From NCBI GenBank assembly GCA_958009085.1, contig OY253673.1, positions 1,426,001 to 1,490,000 of the forward strand: 64,000 nucleotides of DNA, given 5' to 3'. The DNA comes from Protoeuglena noctilucae (taxonomy: Eukaryota). Below are positions 47,765 through 59,976 of the stretch, piece by piece (within the stretch, counting starts at the first letter, position 1; the number at the start of each line of letters is the position of its first letter). Below the pieces are notes generated by a model that worked only from the letters and a program-made list of their open reading frames with translations, ran no database searches and was not told the origin of the DNA. A program made the translations under genes and the position numbers.

Positions 47765-50700
47765 GTCCCAAGCGCCCTCCGCCCTTCAGGCTGCCCTGGC
47801 TGCCGTCCCCAGCAATGCGACCCAAGGCAGCTCTCCCATGCAAGGGGCCCCCCTGCAAGCACCCCCCATGATGCAAGGGGCCTTCTGGCCAGGGCCCCAG
47901 GCGCAGTCGCAGGCGGGGCAGCCCTTCGCCCCCCCCGGGTCCCAGCCCCTGCCCTTCTCCATGGCCCCACCCGCATACTCGCCCCCTCCCCTCCCCATGC
48001 AAGCAAGCGGACCCCTACCACCGGGCCTCCCTCCACTCCCACCCATGGCCACCTCTTCCGCTCCCTTCCCCGCGTCTGGCGCCCCCGGTGCCTCATCTGC
48101 GGCGTTTGCAGCGTCTGCCACCCTCACCGCCCCAGCCCCGCCCGCCAGCATGCCTTTGGGGGGATTCGCGCCTCCCAGTGAGGGGTTCCCCGGCTTCCCT
48201 CAGACGAGCATGCAGCTAGGGATGTACCCCGGACAGCCAGGGGGATACCCTGGCATGTACCCCGGCCAGTACCCTGGTCAGCCGGGCATGTTCCCGGGGC
48301 AGCCGGGGGGCTACCCCGGACAGCCGGGCGGATACCCGGGTATGTACCCTAACCAGCCGGGTATGTACCCTAATCAGCCTGGGATGTACCCCGGTCAGCC
48401 GGGCGCGCCGGGGGCGGGGCGTCTCCCCGGGCTGGCGGGTGAGGGTGCCGTGGCGACCATGATAACCATGCGTGGCTCTGTGGCAGCAGCGATTCTATGC
48501 ACGCCGCCTCATCTCGCCGCATCACACGCGCTCTGCTTTGCCTTTCCGCAGCCCAGCTCCTGGGCCGTGGCCGCTACCCCGGCCCCTCCGGCCTGGTCCC
48601 CTCGACTCCGCCCGTGCCGCCCCCGCCGGGGGAGACGGGGGAGCATCCCGTGGCCACCACGCAAGGTGAGCGCATGAGTGCGACATGAGTGGGACATAAA
48701 TGGGCATGGGGTGATATGAGTGGGCATGAGTAGAGACGGGGGAGCATCCCGTGGCCACCATGCAAGGTGCGCATGAGTGGGCATGGGTTGCGTGTGGCCG
48801 TCTGCTCGTGTGCGTCTGTGCTACCCCATCTGTGGACTGAGCCCTTTCGTGTCAATCATTGTGGACTAAGCACCCTCTCACCCATCGCACCCATTGCAGT
48901 GCCCCTCGCGGACGAGGCTGAGCGCGAGGAGGCGGAGGCCCAGGCCCAGGCGGAGTTCGAGGATGCGGTGCGGAGGGCCAGGGCAGACGCGGCCAGGGAG
49001 GGACGCAAGGAACAGGCGAGGGGGGAAGAGGGGCAAAATGGTGGCATGTCTTGTGATGCATGGGCGCGTGCAACTGGATGGGGTATATCGTGTCTGATGA
49101 TGCATGAGCGTGCGACTGGATGGGGTGTAACCCTTCAACCTCTCTCCCCTCCCCAGGCGGTCCGCGTGGCCCCCCCCGCGGCGGTTCCCCCCCTGGGCCG
49201 CTCCGCCCCACTCGACGCCCTCACCGACGCCAAGGTGCTGGTGCGGATGCCCGCGGGCCCCACCGAGCAGCGCAGGGCCGCCAGGCGCACGGGTCGCTAC
49301 CGCATGGAGGACTTCGGGCTGTACGTGGGGAGGAAGCCCGCGCATAGGTGGGGGGGGGGTGGGGATGTTATGGCAGGGGATGCCAGTTGGAAGAGGGAGG
49401 GCGTGAGTGTGAGAGATGGGGACATGGCATGCAAATGAACATGGCAGATGACAGAGGGAGAGCGAGAGTGCAGCCGGCATGCCGTCATGCGAAGACGTGC
49501 ACCACTCGCGCCCCCCCTGCATGACGTGACGGGTGTGAGCCAGGCATTGATACCGAGAGAGGGCCTGCCATGCATTATTATCACTCGCATCTCCCGTCTC
49601 CCCAGGTGGGCGTGGGAGGACCGCATGGAGCGCCGCCTGCAGCACGCGGTGTTGGTACACATGAGCGGGCACGTGAAGCCGCCCGGCGACCGCGCCTTGG
49701 GTCTGGACGCGGAGTTGGGGGAGGACGCGGGGGAGAGAGAGCTGCTCATGAGGGGGGGCGCGGTGGTGGGGGAGGGAGGGGACGCGGTGAGGGGGCCAGT
49801 CATGCAAGGGGGGGAAAATCACATCGGTCTGTGTCGTGAGTGAAGTGGCGAAACGCCACCTCGCTTCTGTGCAGCTGCCTCACCCCCCACCTCCCCTGCC
49901 ACCCGTGTAACCCCACACTGCCCCTACCATGCATGGCACCCCCACCCCCCCTGCCACCCCCCCGCAGCCCCCCGTGCTGGGCACCCCCCCCGCCACGGAG
50001 CTCCTCTCCCGCCGCGTGGAGTCCGCGGACCCCTTCCCCTCCGAGCCCTTCGACGCCAACGGTGTGATGGAGCAGGAGGCGGACCCCATCAAGCGCGTGA
50101 ACGGGGCCGTCATGGTGGCGCAGATCAAGAGGGGAGATCCCTTGGCGCCCCACCGGCAGCTGGAGATCGCCGGGCCGTCGTTCATGAGCGCGGGTGCGGC
50201 GGAGTTCCCCCAGTATGCCCTGGAGGTGGAGGTGGGCCGCGTGGAGATGGCAGCACACCCGGCCATGGCCAGGGAGGACTGGCTGGCGGCGCGGCTGAGG
50301 GCCATGCACCGGGACACGCGGCTGCGGGCGGCGGTGGGGCTGGAGAGACACTACTGGGAGGTGAGGGGGGGTGTGGAGAGGCATGGATTGGGTAGGGGAT
50401 CGCCTGGTTAGCGAGAGACACTACTGGGAGGTGAGGGGGGATGGGGTTGCAGAAAGCAGCATGATTGGGAGGTGATCATCGCAGCTGCATAGCACGGTCC
50501 CAGCCCCTCCCTCTTGTCAGCCCAGCTACCCCCCTTGCAGCCAGCACGCACCCCCTCAGCCCATGCCATACCCCTTCCACCCCCCCCAGCGCCTGCTAGC
50601 CTTGGAAGAGGACCTCCTCTCCTCGCGCGAGGCGGTGTTCGCCCTGTCCGTGCGCACCCCCGGGGTGTCGGCCCCGCTGTCATCCACCGTCGAGCGTGCG

Positions 50701-53700
50701 TGCGCGCGCCTGCGTCAATTAGAGGACGACGTGGCAGAGACGCGGCGGGTGATGGAATCCGAGGCACTGCGGCTGCACCGGGCGTGCGCGGCCATGCAGG
50801 CGGTCTATGCGGAGATGGAGGAGGAGCGCAGGCGGCAGGGGCACTGGCTGACGCCCCTGGTACTGCGGGTGGGGGAGGCCGCCCCTGTGGCCAGAGACGA
50901 AAGCGAGGCGTCGCGGAGGCGAGACCTGGACGTGCGCATGGCCACCGCGGAGATCGACGACGTGGTGGGGCTGGACCGGGCGCCGTCGCGGTTCACGCTG
51001 CCGCCGGGTGTCACGGGGGGCGCGCGTGCCAAGCTGAGGCGCACCGAGTCGACAATGGCGGCGTTCGCGCACCGCAAGAAGGAGGCGAGGGATGGCATGT
51101 GTGTGTGACATGGGGTCATGATAGCAGTGGAGTGACGTTGCAATGACAGTGGACTGATTGCTGACGAGAGTTGTGACTCACAGTGGGCGTCAGTGGCTGT
51201 CAGCCTTGACCGCATGCACCCTCGCTCCCACGGTGCCTTGATCGCCCACAGCGTCCCTCTCCAGCCATGACCACATGCACCCCCGCATTCACCCTCACTC
51301 AGCCCCCATCGTTGATCGCCCATCGCCACGTCTCTGTCCCTCCCCCCAGTTGGAGTCTGAGGTGGCGCGCGTGCAGCGTCTGGTGGACAGCGCCCCGGTG
51401 CCCGACCCACGCGACCGAGAGGAGCTGGCGCGGCTGAGGACGGAGCTGGCGGAGATGGGGGACGCGCCGCGGTGAGGGGGGGTTGGGGTGGGGTGGGGTG
51501 GGGAGGGGTGGGGTGGGGGGATGCTGTGACTCTGGGCCTGCCTGGGATCGACTCTATGCTCACGCCCCGCTGCACTGAGACCCTCGCTTGCCACACCCCA
51601 CACTTGTCACACCCCGCTTGTCACCCCCGCACCCGACCTTGTTCGTCACCCCCACACGTGTAGACTGCTTACCTGCCTTGCACTGAACCCTCAAGCTCGT
51701 CACACCACACGACCCCCGCTCTCTACCCACACTGCCACCCCCACCGCCACCCCCACTGCCACCCCCACTGCCACCCCCACTGCTACCCCCACTGCTACCC
51801 CCACTGCCACCTGCTCCCCCCCCCCAGTCGCCTCCCCCGCTCCCCCGAGGCCCAGCACCGTGCGGAGTCCAAGGCGGCGGCCAAGGTGGCGCGCGACGGC
51901 CCCTTCCGCGTCCTGAGGCTGCCGCGCCTGGCACCCGCGCTCTTCTGCAAGGACGACGTGGGGCCGTCCGCCGCCAATCGCGCCGCGTCACTCGCCCGCA
52001 TACGCGTGCAAGGCGAGGAGCATTCACACGCATTGCATCCACGCCTGTTACCGCGAGTTTGCGTATCTAAACCCATTTCCATCTCACTCCCCCACTCTCG
52101 AGGCACTCACGAGCGTCGCATCCACGCCTGTCACCGCGAGTTCCCCTATCTCCCCCTATCTCCGATTCCTCACCCTCACCTGATTACCTGAGCTCTTCCC
52201 CCCCACTCACCCTCACCTAGTCTCCCCCTCCAGTGCGCCTGCTGATCAACGGCCACCCCGTGGCCACCACGGACCCCCACCCCCTGGGCCCCGACTTCAG
52301 CGTCGACATCCGCGACCGGCTGCGCCTGGTGGTGCACCGGTGGCCCGAGGACGCGCGCGCGCAGGTGCTGCTGCGGGGGCGCGTGGTGGGGGAGGCGCGC
52401 ATCTACATCCCGGGTGCAGGGGCCACTCCNNNNNNNNNNNNNNNNNNNNNNNNNNNNNNNNNNNNNNNNNNNNNNNNNNNNNNNNNNNNNNNNNNNNNNN
52501 NNNNNNNNNNNNNNNNNNNNNNNNNNNNNNNNNNNNNNNNNNNNNNNNNNNNNNNNNNNNNNNNNNNNNNNNNNNNNNNNNNNNNNNNNNNNNNNNNNNN
52601 NNNNNNNNNNNNNNNNNNNNNNNNNNNNNGCACCCCCGCTCGATGTCTGTTCTGCTTATATCTACATCATATCTATATCTATATCTACATCTATACAGCT
52701 CACCGCCTCTCTCCCTCTCCTCCCCCCCCCCACCCCCCAGCCTGGTCCAGGCGCACGCCATGCGCGACCACCCCGCATGCAAGGCGCCCCTGATGCCCCC
52801 CGCCCCTCCCCCCGCGGTGGGGGGAGAGCCGCACTGCGTATTTCGCCCTCCTGCGGGTCATGCGGTGGCTGGCCAGCTCCGGGCTGGACCCCCAACGACC
52901 CAAGGAACGCGGACCTGCTGGAGCTGAAGAAGTACAGGCGAGGGATGAGATAGATGGAGGGGTAGTACAGGCGAGGGATGGGAAGGGGGTGGTAGTGGTT
53001 ACGAGGAGTTGAGAAGGAGAGGGATTTCAATGCGGCGTTGTCCGTGGGTGCAAGACAGCCGCTCTCCCTCCCCTCCCCCCCCAGGGAGCTAGAGGTGCAG
53101 CGTGGGGGTGGCGACGGCGTGGACGCCGCTCTGCCCGACGCCGGGTCGCTGCGCCTGCAGCCGGCGAGGGAGGCGGCGGTGGGGAGGGGGGGCGTGTTTG
53201 CGGCCAGGCGCGCCAAGATGCTGCGGCTGCGGTGGGAGGGGGAGACGAGGAGCAGCAAGAGCATGGGGTTCTGCATGCCGGTGAGGGAGTGAGGGGTTGC
53301 AGATCACAACACACAAGGTCGCCCTCCATCCACAGCTCTCTCCCTATCTTTGCTTGCACACCCACCACCACCCCCCTCCCCCATCACAGATCTCGGACGG
53401 CCAGGTGCAGGACCTGGACATCCACCGCCTGCTGAAACGCAGCGGCATCCCCGAGCGCGACCTCCGGCAGCGCGTGGCGGAGGAGCTGGACCTGGCGGCG
53501 CAGGAGCGGCTGGTGCGGAGGGCCATGGACGCGCCCTCGCTCACCGCCCTGCAGGACCGCAGCCGGGCGATTGCAGAGTTCGCATACGACATTCGGCAGG
53601 CGGCGGTGGCCGGCCGCGCCAGCGAGGGCGCCCCCTCCCTGCGCGCCACCGACGACGTCGTGCGGCAGCCGCGCGTCGACCTGCTGCGGCTGGACGTGGG

Positions 53701-56700
53701 GGGGGTGGTCCGGGACGCCCTGCGCCCGCGCGCCAAGCTGCGCCCGGCCCGGCAGCGCGCCGTCGTGGCATCCACGGTCCCGCGCGACCTGGCGCTGGTG
53801 GTGGTGGTGCAGTCGGCCGAGCACCTGCCCATGCGCGCCGAGGCTGCCGAGGCGGTGCGCGATGCGGGGGGATACCTGGGCCCATCCGCGGACGAGCAGG
53901 CGCTGCTTGCGTGTTTCGCGGAGGTGCTGTTCGGGGACTACGCCGTGCGCACGCAGACGCAGATCGGCACCTCCGCCTCCTTCAACGAGGTGGGGGGGGG
54001 CTGCTTATATGTGTGCCGCTTAGATGTGTGCCTTGGAAAGATGTGTGCCTTAGAAATGAGATGTGTTCATTGCGGATGGAAAGGCAGTCCGCCTTCTTCC
54101 ACGAGGTGGGGGTGACACTGGCTGGATGTGCGTGTGGTGGGTTTGCAGTGCCGGGGTCGCATGCGGCGAGTGGCTGTGTCTGATTGCTGTAGTTGCGAGG
54201 CTCAGCAGCAGTGGCGTCTCCCCACTCTGCCACTCTCGCCCCCCTCCATGCCCGTCGCTCATCCATAACCGTAACCCCTCCATCCCCCACCCCAGGTCCT
54301 CACGCTCCCCGTGGAGGCCCCCGACGGCCAGGAGCTGACCCCTCGCTTTTTATGGCTGTACGACGAGCCCATCGTGATCAACTTCTTTGACGAGGTGGCC
54401 GTGCAGACGGGAGGGGGGCTGCGGCCCAGGGAGGGCGCGGACCTGTCCAAGTACAAGCCCGCCATCGGGCAGGGGCAGGCGAGGGCAGTTTGCTGTACAG
54501 CGCGTTCCCTGCTCTGACTAAAGCACATTCCCTACCCCTTCCTCGCACGCACCCCCACCCTGCACCCACGCCCGTCGCACCCTCACCTGTCCCCCGCCCC
54601 CTTCGCAGACGGTGGTGACATTGGAGCGTCGCTTTTTGGGTTCTCTCCGCGTCCCCTTCTCGTCCGTCTTCAAGGCCGGCTCACTGCAGGGGTCCATGCG
54701 CATCGACGTCCCTGCTGCCAGCCTGGGGTACACCCACAACCCGGCGGGGAGCCCGTCCGCCACCGTGTTCATCACCATGGCGAGTGGCATGGATGACCCA
54801 TGGTGGCAGTCTGCGCGTAGAGCAGGGTAACAAAGATGCAGGGATGCCCTCTGCACTGCGAGCGTGTCCGGCGACCGTGACATGCACGCCCACTGATGCG
54901 TTGCGCGTAGAGTGATAGAGACACACAGACGCTCTCTGCATGGCGTGCATGTATCAGGCAGCTGTGACATCATACATACACCCCCACCCTCCCCCCCGCA
55001 GAGTCCCCAGGTGCCCCACCCCGACCCCGTCATTGACGAGCAGAGGGCGGGGGAGAGCCCAGAGCTGCAGGCCAGAGTGGCAGAGGCGAGAGATGCGCAT
55101 GAATTCACACCCACTGCAATGGCATGCGACGCTGTTCACCCCTGCTATCTACTCTGCAGTCGCAGCAGCACACACCCCTCGCGTTCACTCCACAGTGGCA
55201 GCAACACGTGACCACCCACCCCCCTCCCCTTCCCCCCCGCAGTGGCAGCAGGACGTCTTCCGCCGCACCCGCGGCCGCAACCGCGCCTCGTTGGTGGCCG
55301 TGGACAAGGCAGGCACGGCCGTGCTCATGCTGCGGTACGTCGCCCCGATCCCCTCCCCCCCCTCGCTAGCCGTGCGCCCCGAATCCGGCGCCGCTGCCCC
55401 GCGTCGCCTGGCATGGTTCGTCTCCCATGTGCCGTTCGTGGAGGACGACAACCTGGAGGCCGACCGCGAGGACATCTGGATGACGGCGGCCGACTTTGTG
55501 CGGCTGGGGGCGGGGGACCAGGAGGAGCACGCCTGCCTGCTCGCGGGGTACTTCCTCAACATGGGGCAGGCGAGATGTGAATGGGGGGTAGATGCGGACG
55601 GCCAGGAGTGTGGCCCTGTCGACACGTCGCGTCTCTACCCTTCCTTCACTCCCCTTCCATCTCAACCCCTTTGCTCGCATCGCATCTCTCTCTTTCACCC
55701 TTGTCTCTCCCCTCCCTCTCATCGGATCTCTTTCACCCACTCATGCCCCATATCTCTCATCGACCCGCCCCCCCCCCCCCCCCCTATCGTCATATTAACA
55801 TCATCCACTTATATCCCTCCCCCTCCATCTCCCACCCCAGGAGGCCTTTGTGGTGTCCGGCACCTCCACTGCCTCCAGCAGCGACTACTTCGTCCTCACC
55901 ACGGGCAGGGCACACGACGAGGGGCGGTGGGCGCTGCAGCCGGGGCAGAAGACCACCCCCACGGACATCGCAGGCAGCGGCATCACGGGCGAGTGATGCG
56001 ACACGGCCACGGTCGCTGCGTGCCCATGCACTGCCCTATCCCACCGCATGCGTCGTCACTCATACGCCCACTATGGCACTATGGCCACCACTGTTCCCTC
56101 CCCTAACCACCGCATGCGGTGCCACTCATCCCCTCTCCCGTCTTCACGGCATGCTGTATCTCACTCCTCCCCCTTCCTTCCCCCCCCCAGTCGCGTCTCT
56201 CACCCTCTGGAATGCCACCAAGGGCACATCCGTCCCCGCCACGGACCCACAGAACGAACTCCGCGCCGTGTCGGTGGTGTTCAACGGGGGTGAGTTGCCG
56301 GGCAGATGGGGTGCATTAATGAGATGAGACCACGCGCTTTGACGTTGCTGCATAGTACTAGCTGCTCTTATACGCTGCCGCACAGCAGCAGGAACACCGC
56401 CGTACAGCTCCCCCCCCCTCCCTCTCCCCCCAGCCAACGCCTGGGCCAACGTGCAGCCGTCCGCGCACCCCTGGGAGATCGACTGGGACCTCGACAACCC
56501 CCGCCTGTGGATGCCCCTCTTCAGCCCCGCGTTCCCACCGCGCAGCCTCGCGTCCGTGCAGGGGGAGGTGAGACGGGCGGGGAGGCAGTTTGTCATGAGT
56601 GGAACAACGATGCCCATTCATGCTGCCATGCACCCACCGCATGCGAGTGTTGTGTCACCCACTCCCCCTCTCACGCACCGCATTGCACTCATCCTCTCTC

Positions 56701-57690
56701 CCCAGGTGTCGTATGAGGAGCACCGCCACGAGTTCTTCGAGGACCTGGCGCGGAAGCTGGCCGAGGAGGTGCGGGAGGTCATCCGCGACGCACGCCTGGA
56801 TCTGCTCTCCACCACCGCCCACTTCGACGCCACCCTGGACACCAAGCTCAAGGCGAGGATGGGGGGGAGGTGGCGTGGATGACATGCGTGCATGCATTGC
56901 TCTACTGCTTATCACTGCTCGCCTCTGCCTCTGATCCCGCCCATGCTGACCCAAGCACACAGCCCCTCACTTCCCCATCACCATACGCCCTCACCTGCCC
57001 CCACCCTCCATCACCTCCCCTCACCCGCCCTCACCTCCCCGCCCCCCCAGCGCCTCCTCCGCGACGCCCACGCCGACATGGAGAGAGGCTTCGCGTCCCT
57101 CCCCGCGTCGGACCCCCCCCCCGGCGTCGGCACCCTGGGTTCTTCGACCGTGGGGCGGTACCCCCGTGCAGCGGTCGAGAAGATCCAGGGCGACCACCGA
57201 GCGGTGCTGCTGCGGGAGTTCCCATCCTACGACGTGCAGGGGGTACTGCTGCACATGCCATTCGGGGACATCGAGGATAAGCTGGCCGAGGTCATCCTCA
57301 ACACCGGTGAGCGTGTTGGAGAGGGGGAGGGTGTGTATGTGGGTGTGGGGGTGGGTGAGGGTGGGGATGAACGGGGAGAGAGAGATGCGCGTGGGTGCTT
57401 GTGATGAACATGCGAGAGAGGGAGTCGAGAGTGGGGAGTCGCACCGGCTGTCTTCGTGAGGGATGCGTCGTCACTCACCCGCACCGCCCCGCTTCCCCCG
57501 TGCAGACCTGCACATGGCCCTGGGCGAGGGGGTCAAGTTCGGCGTGGACGTCCACTGCCAGCCCATGGGGTGCAGGTTCGCATTCCCCGTCTACATCTAC
57601 CTCGTCCACCTCCGACGCAAGCCCGCACACCTGCCCAGGGAACGGGGCCCTGCGCTGCCGCAGCCGCAGCCGCAGCCGCAACTCCGATAG
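47765..57690 (+). CDS. CC2D2A: Coiled-coil and C2 domain-containing protein 2A (MKS6, ciliary transition zone); true start probably upstream (about 47080-47510)
   Basis: [37 protein letters not shown]2 [13 protein letters not shown]...[19 protein letters not shown]2 [11 protein letters not shown]...FNEVLTLP...INFFDEV...[15 protein letters not shown]-like FVSHVPF...DIWMT...[16 protein letters not shown], and WANVQP. Spans an assembly gap. Confidence 0.9.
48222..48402 (+). repeat. Coding tandem repeat (G/M)YP(G/N)QPG, about 9 units
   Basis: Translates as [61 protein letters not shown]. Confidence 0.9.
51730..51812 (+). repeat. Intronic 12-bp minisatellite (CACTGC(C/T)ACCCC)n
   Basis: About 6-7 tandem copies are directly visible. 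Confidence 0.85.
52430..52629. other. Assembly gap (200 N) inside CC2D2A
   Basis: Run of N characters. Confidence 1.
52657..52697 (+). repeat. (ATATCT/ACATCT)n microsatellite
   Basis: tatatctacatcatatctatatctatatctacatctata is directly visible. Confidence 0.85.
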
Positions 57691-58335
57691 CACGGCCGAG
57701 GCGCCGGCGCTGACTTTGGACTTTTCTCAGCTTGCCAGTGACAGATTGTGACACTCGCGACCCACGCACTTGAAACGGCACTGCATCTGGCGCCAGACAC
57801 GGCCGCCATTCGCTTATCCGCCAAAGTGCGAATAAGTGGGGTCTAATGCGACTGTGGGCAATCCGCGCGGCACCGTTAAGGGCGTATCTAGCATACACTG
57901 CACCCGCGTGCGCAAAAATCGACACGAGGGCAAGAGGCATCGGGTTGTGCTTCGCGACGCACACAAGAGGCCCCCGCCGGTCGTTATAGATAGGGTCCAT
58001 CCGATCGGCTTTGCAGCGGAGCACACGGCGCCAAACCTGCCCGTTGCAGGGCATGCAGAGTCCCGCGTTTGAAATTCTCGCTCTGGGTGGACGTCGCTGA
58101 ATAAGCGTATCCTCACGGAGGTCGTGGAGAGGGAGGGAGAGCGAGGTGACGCGTGGCGGGTGGCTGCGGAGCGGCCTTTCCGCGTTTTGCTTGTCATCTT
58201 TGTTTCTTCCCCCCTCCCCCGTCGCTGGTCGATGTCGCCGCACCCGGCCAATGGCGCTGCTTGCTGTCGAAGTATGTGCGAGGCCAGTGCGACGACGAGC
58301 GGCCCTAGACGACCACTCCGCAGGTGCTCCCGGGG

Positions 58336-59863
58336 ATGGCCATGGTGCAGGTGTACGCCGAGCCCTTCGCGCGGCGGCAATACGCGCCGTGGGTGTCGCA
58401 TGCCGTCGTCTACCGCATCCTTTCGTGGGCCCTCACACGTGAGTCGCTGACATGAAGCCACGCGCCGCTCGCTCCCGCGGGTGGGATGCGACCCGTGCCC
58501 CTCCCGCCCCCAGTGCTCGCGTCGGCGGTGATTGCGTTCGCGGCGGGCGGCCTGTGGGAGAAGTACAGCGTGGCGGTGTCCCAGCCGACCGTGGACTTCA
58601 CGTATGACATGGTGGTGGTGCTGGAGGGGGACGCGTCGGCCGGGGGAGGGGAGCGGGTGTGGACGACGTCGGCGGCGATGAACGCGGCGCTGGGCCCGCG
58701 TCTGCTGGCGGCGAGCGTGCAGGTGGCGGCGGACGACGAGAACAACGACGGGAAGAAGGACGTGTTTGACATTGTGTGGAGGGGGTACGGGGCCAGGGCC
58801 GTCACGGGGGTCAAAGTCCTCACGCAGGTGAGGGGGCAGGGGCAGTGGTTGGTAGGGGCAGTGGTTGGTAGCACAGACTCACGCAGGCGAGGGGCAGTGG
58901 TAGGGACAGGGCAGGGGCAGGGGCAGGGTAGCACCGTCGTCCTACAGACGAGGGGCAAAGCCAGTGGTAGGGGCAGGAACGGGACTTATCTGCCAATGCG
59001 AGGGTGGTCTTTCACCCGCGTGCCTGACCACATCTCACTTACCGTCGTCGCTCGCAGTACAAGTACACGTTCAACGACACGGTCAGCCTGCAGATGTACT
59101 CGCTGGCCTATGCGGAACACGCGGGTGCCGCGCCCGGCCGTGGCGCCTACATCGACGGGCAGCTGCGCCTGGTGCAGGACGTGGTGCCGGCAGCCAAGGC
59201 AGTGCGGTGAGGGGGCGCAAGGTGGGGGTTAGCATGCAGCAGCACTTATGCAGCGGCACCGCTCACACTGCCGGTCCCCTCTCCTCCCCGCAGCACCCAG
59301 TACCTCTCCAAGCCCCTCCAGGACCCCGGCAGCGGCACCGACACGCTTCAGCCCACCGTGGAGTCCAACCTCGTGCGCATCCTGGCATCCTACCACGACC
59401 GCGACGAGGCGAGCGGGGGGAGAGAGGGACGCGGTTGTGAGTGAATGAGTTGAGTTGAGAGCACACGCACAGCTGCACTTATGTGTTTGGCTGCCCCGCA
59501 GGTGACGGTGCTGGACAGCCCCACCCGCGTGTGGCAGGTGGGGGACTCTTCGGAGTTCGTGCTGCAGATGCGCGTGAGGGTCCCCAAGGCACAGGAGTAC
59601 CGGTACAAGAGGCGAGAGCTGCATTGGGATAGCACCACCACCCACGGCCACTGCTCTGCCGCCGCGTCGACCCATGCGACCACCCCTTCCCTGCTCCCCC
59701 CAGGGACCGCCTGCAAGTGCTCCTCCTGGCCTGGGTCCAGATCCTCGCCATCTTCTACGTCCTCTGGTGGCTCGTCGGCCGCCTGTCCTCGGTGCTCTTC
59801 CACTTCCGCGTCTTTCGCACCCGCGTGGCATCGGACCTCGACAAGAAGCTACACCACTTCTAG
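58336..59863 (+). CDS. TMEM231: Transmembrane protein 231 (MKS module, transition zone)
   Basis: MVQVYAEPFARRQYAP, GGLWEKYSVAVSQPTVDFTYDMVVVL, DENNDGKKD, AYIDGQLRLVQ, FVLQMRVRVP..EYRY, LQVLLLAWVQILAIFYVLWWLV...LF. Stop TAG at 59861-59863. Confidence 0.88.
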
Positions 59864-59976
59864 TATAGGGGACGCTAGGATGATAGGCACGGGGGATGCG
59901 GGGTTTGCATGCGCGCACGTTCAAGCGATCGAGTGTCACTACGTCACTAGGTCACAGCAAGGGCGATGGCCGCATG

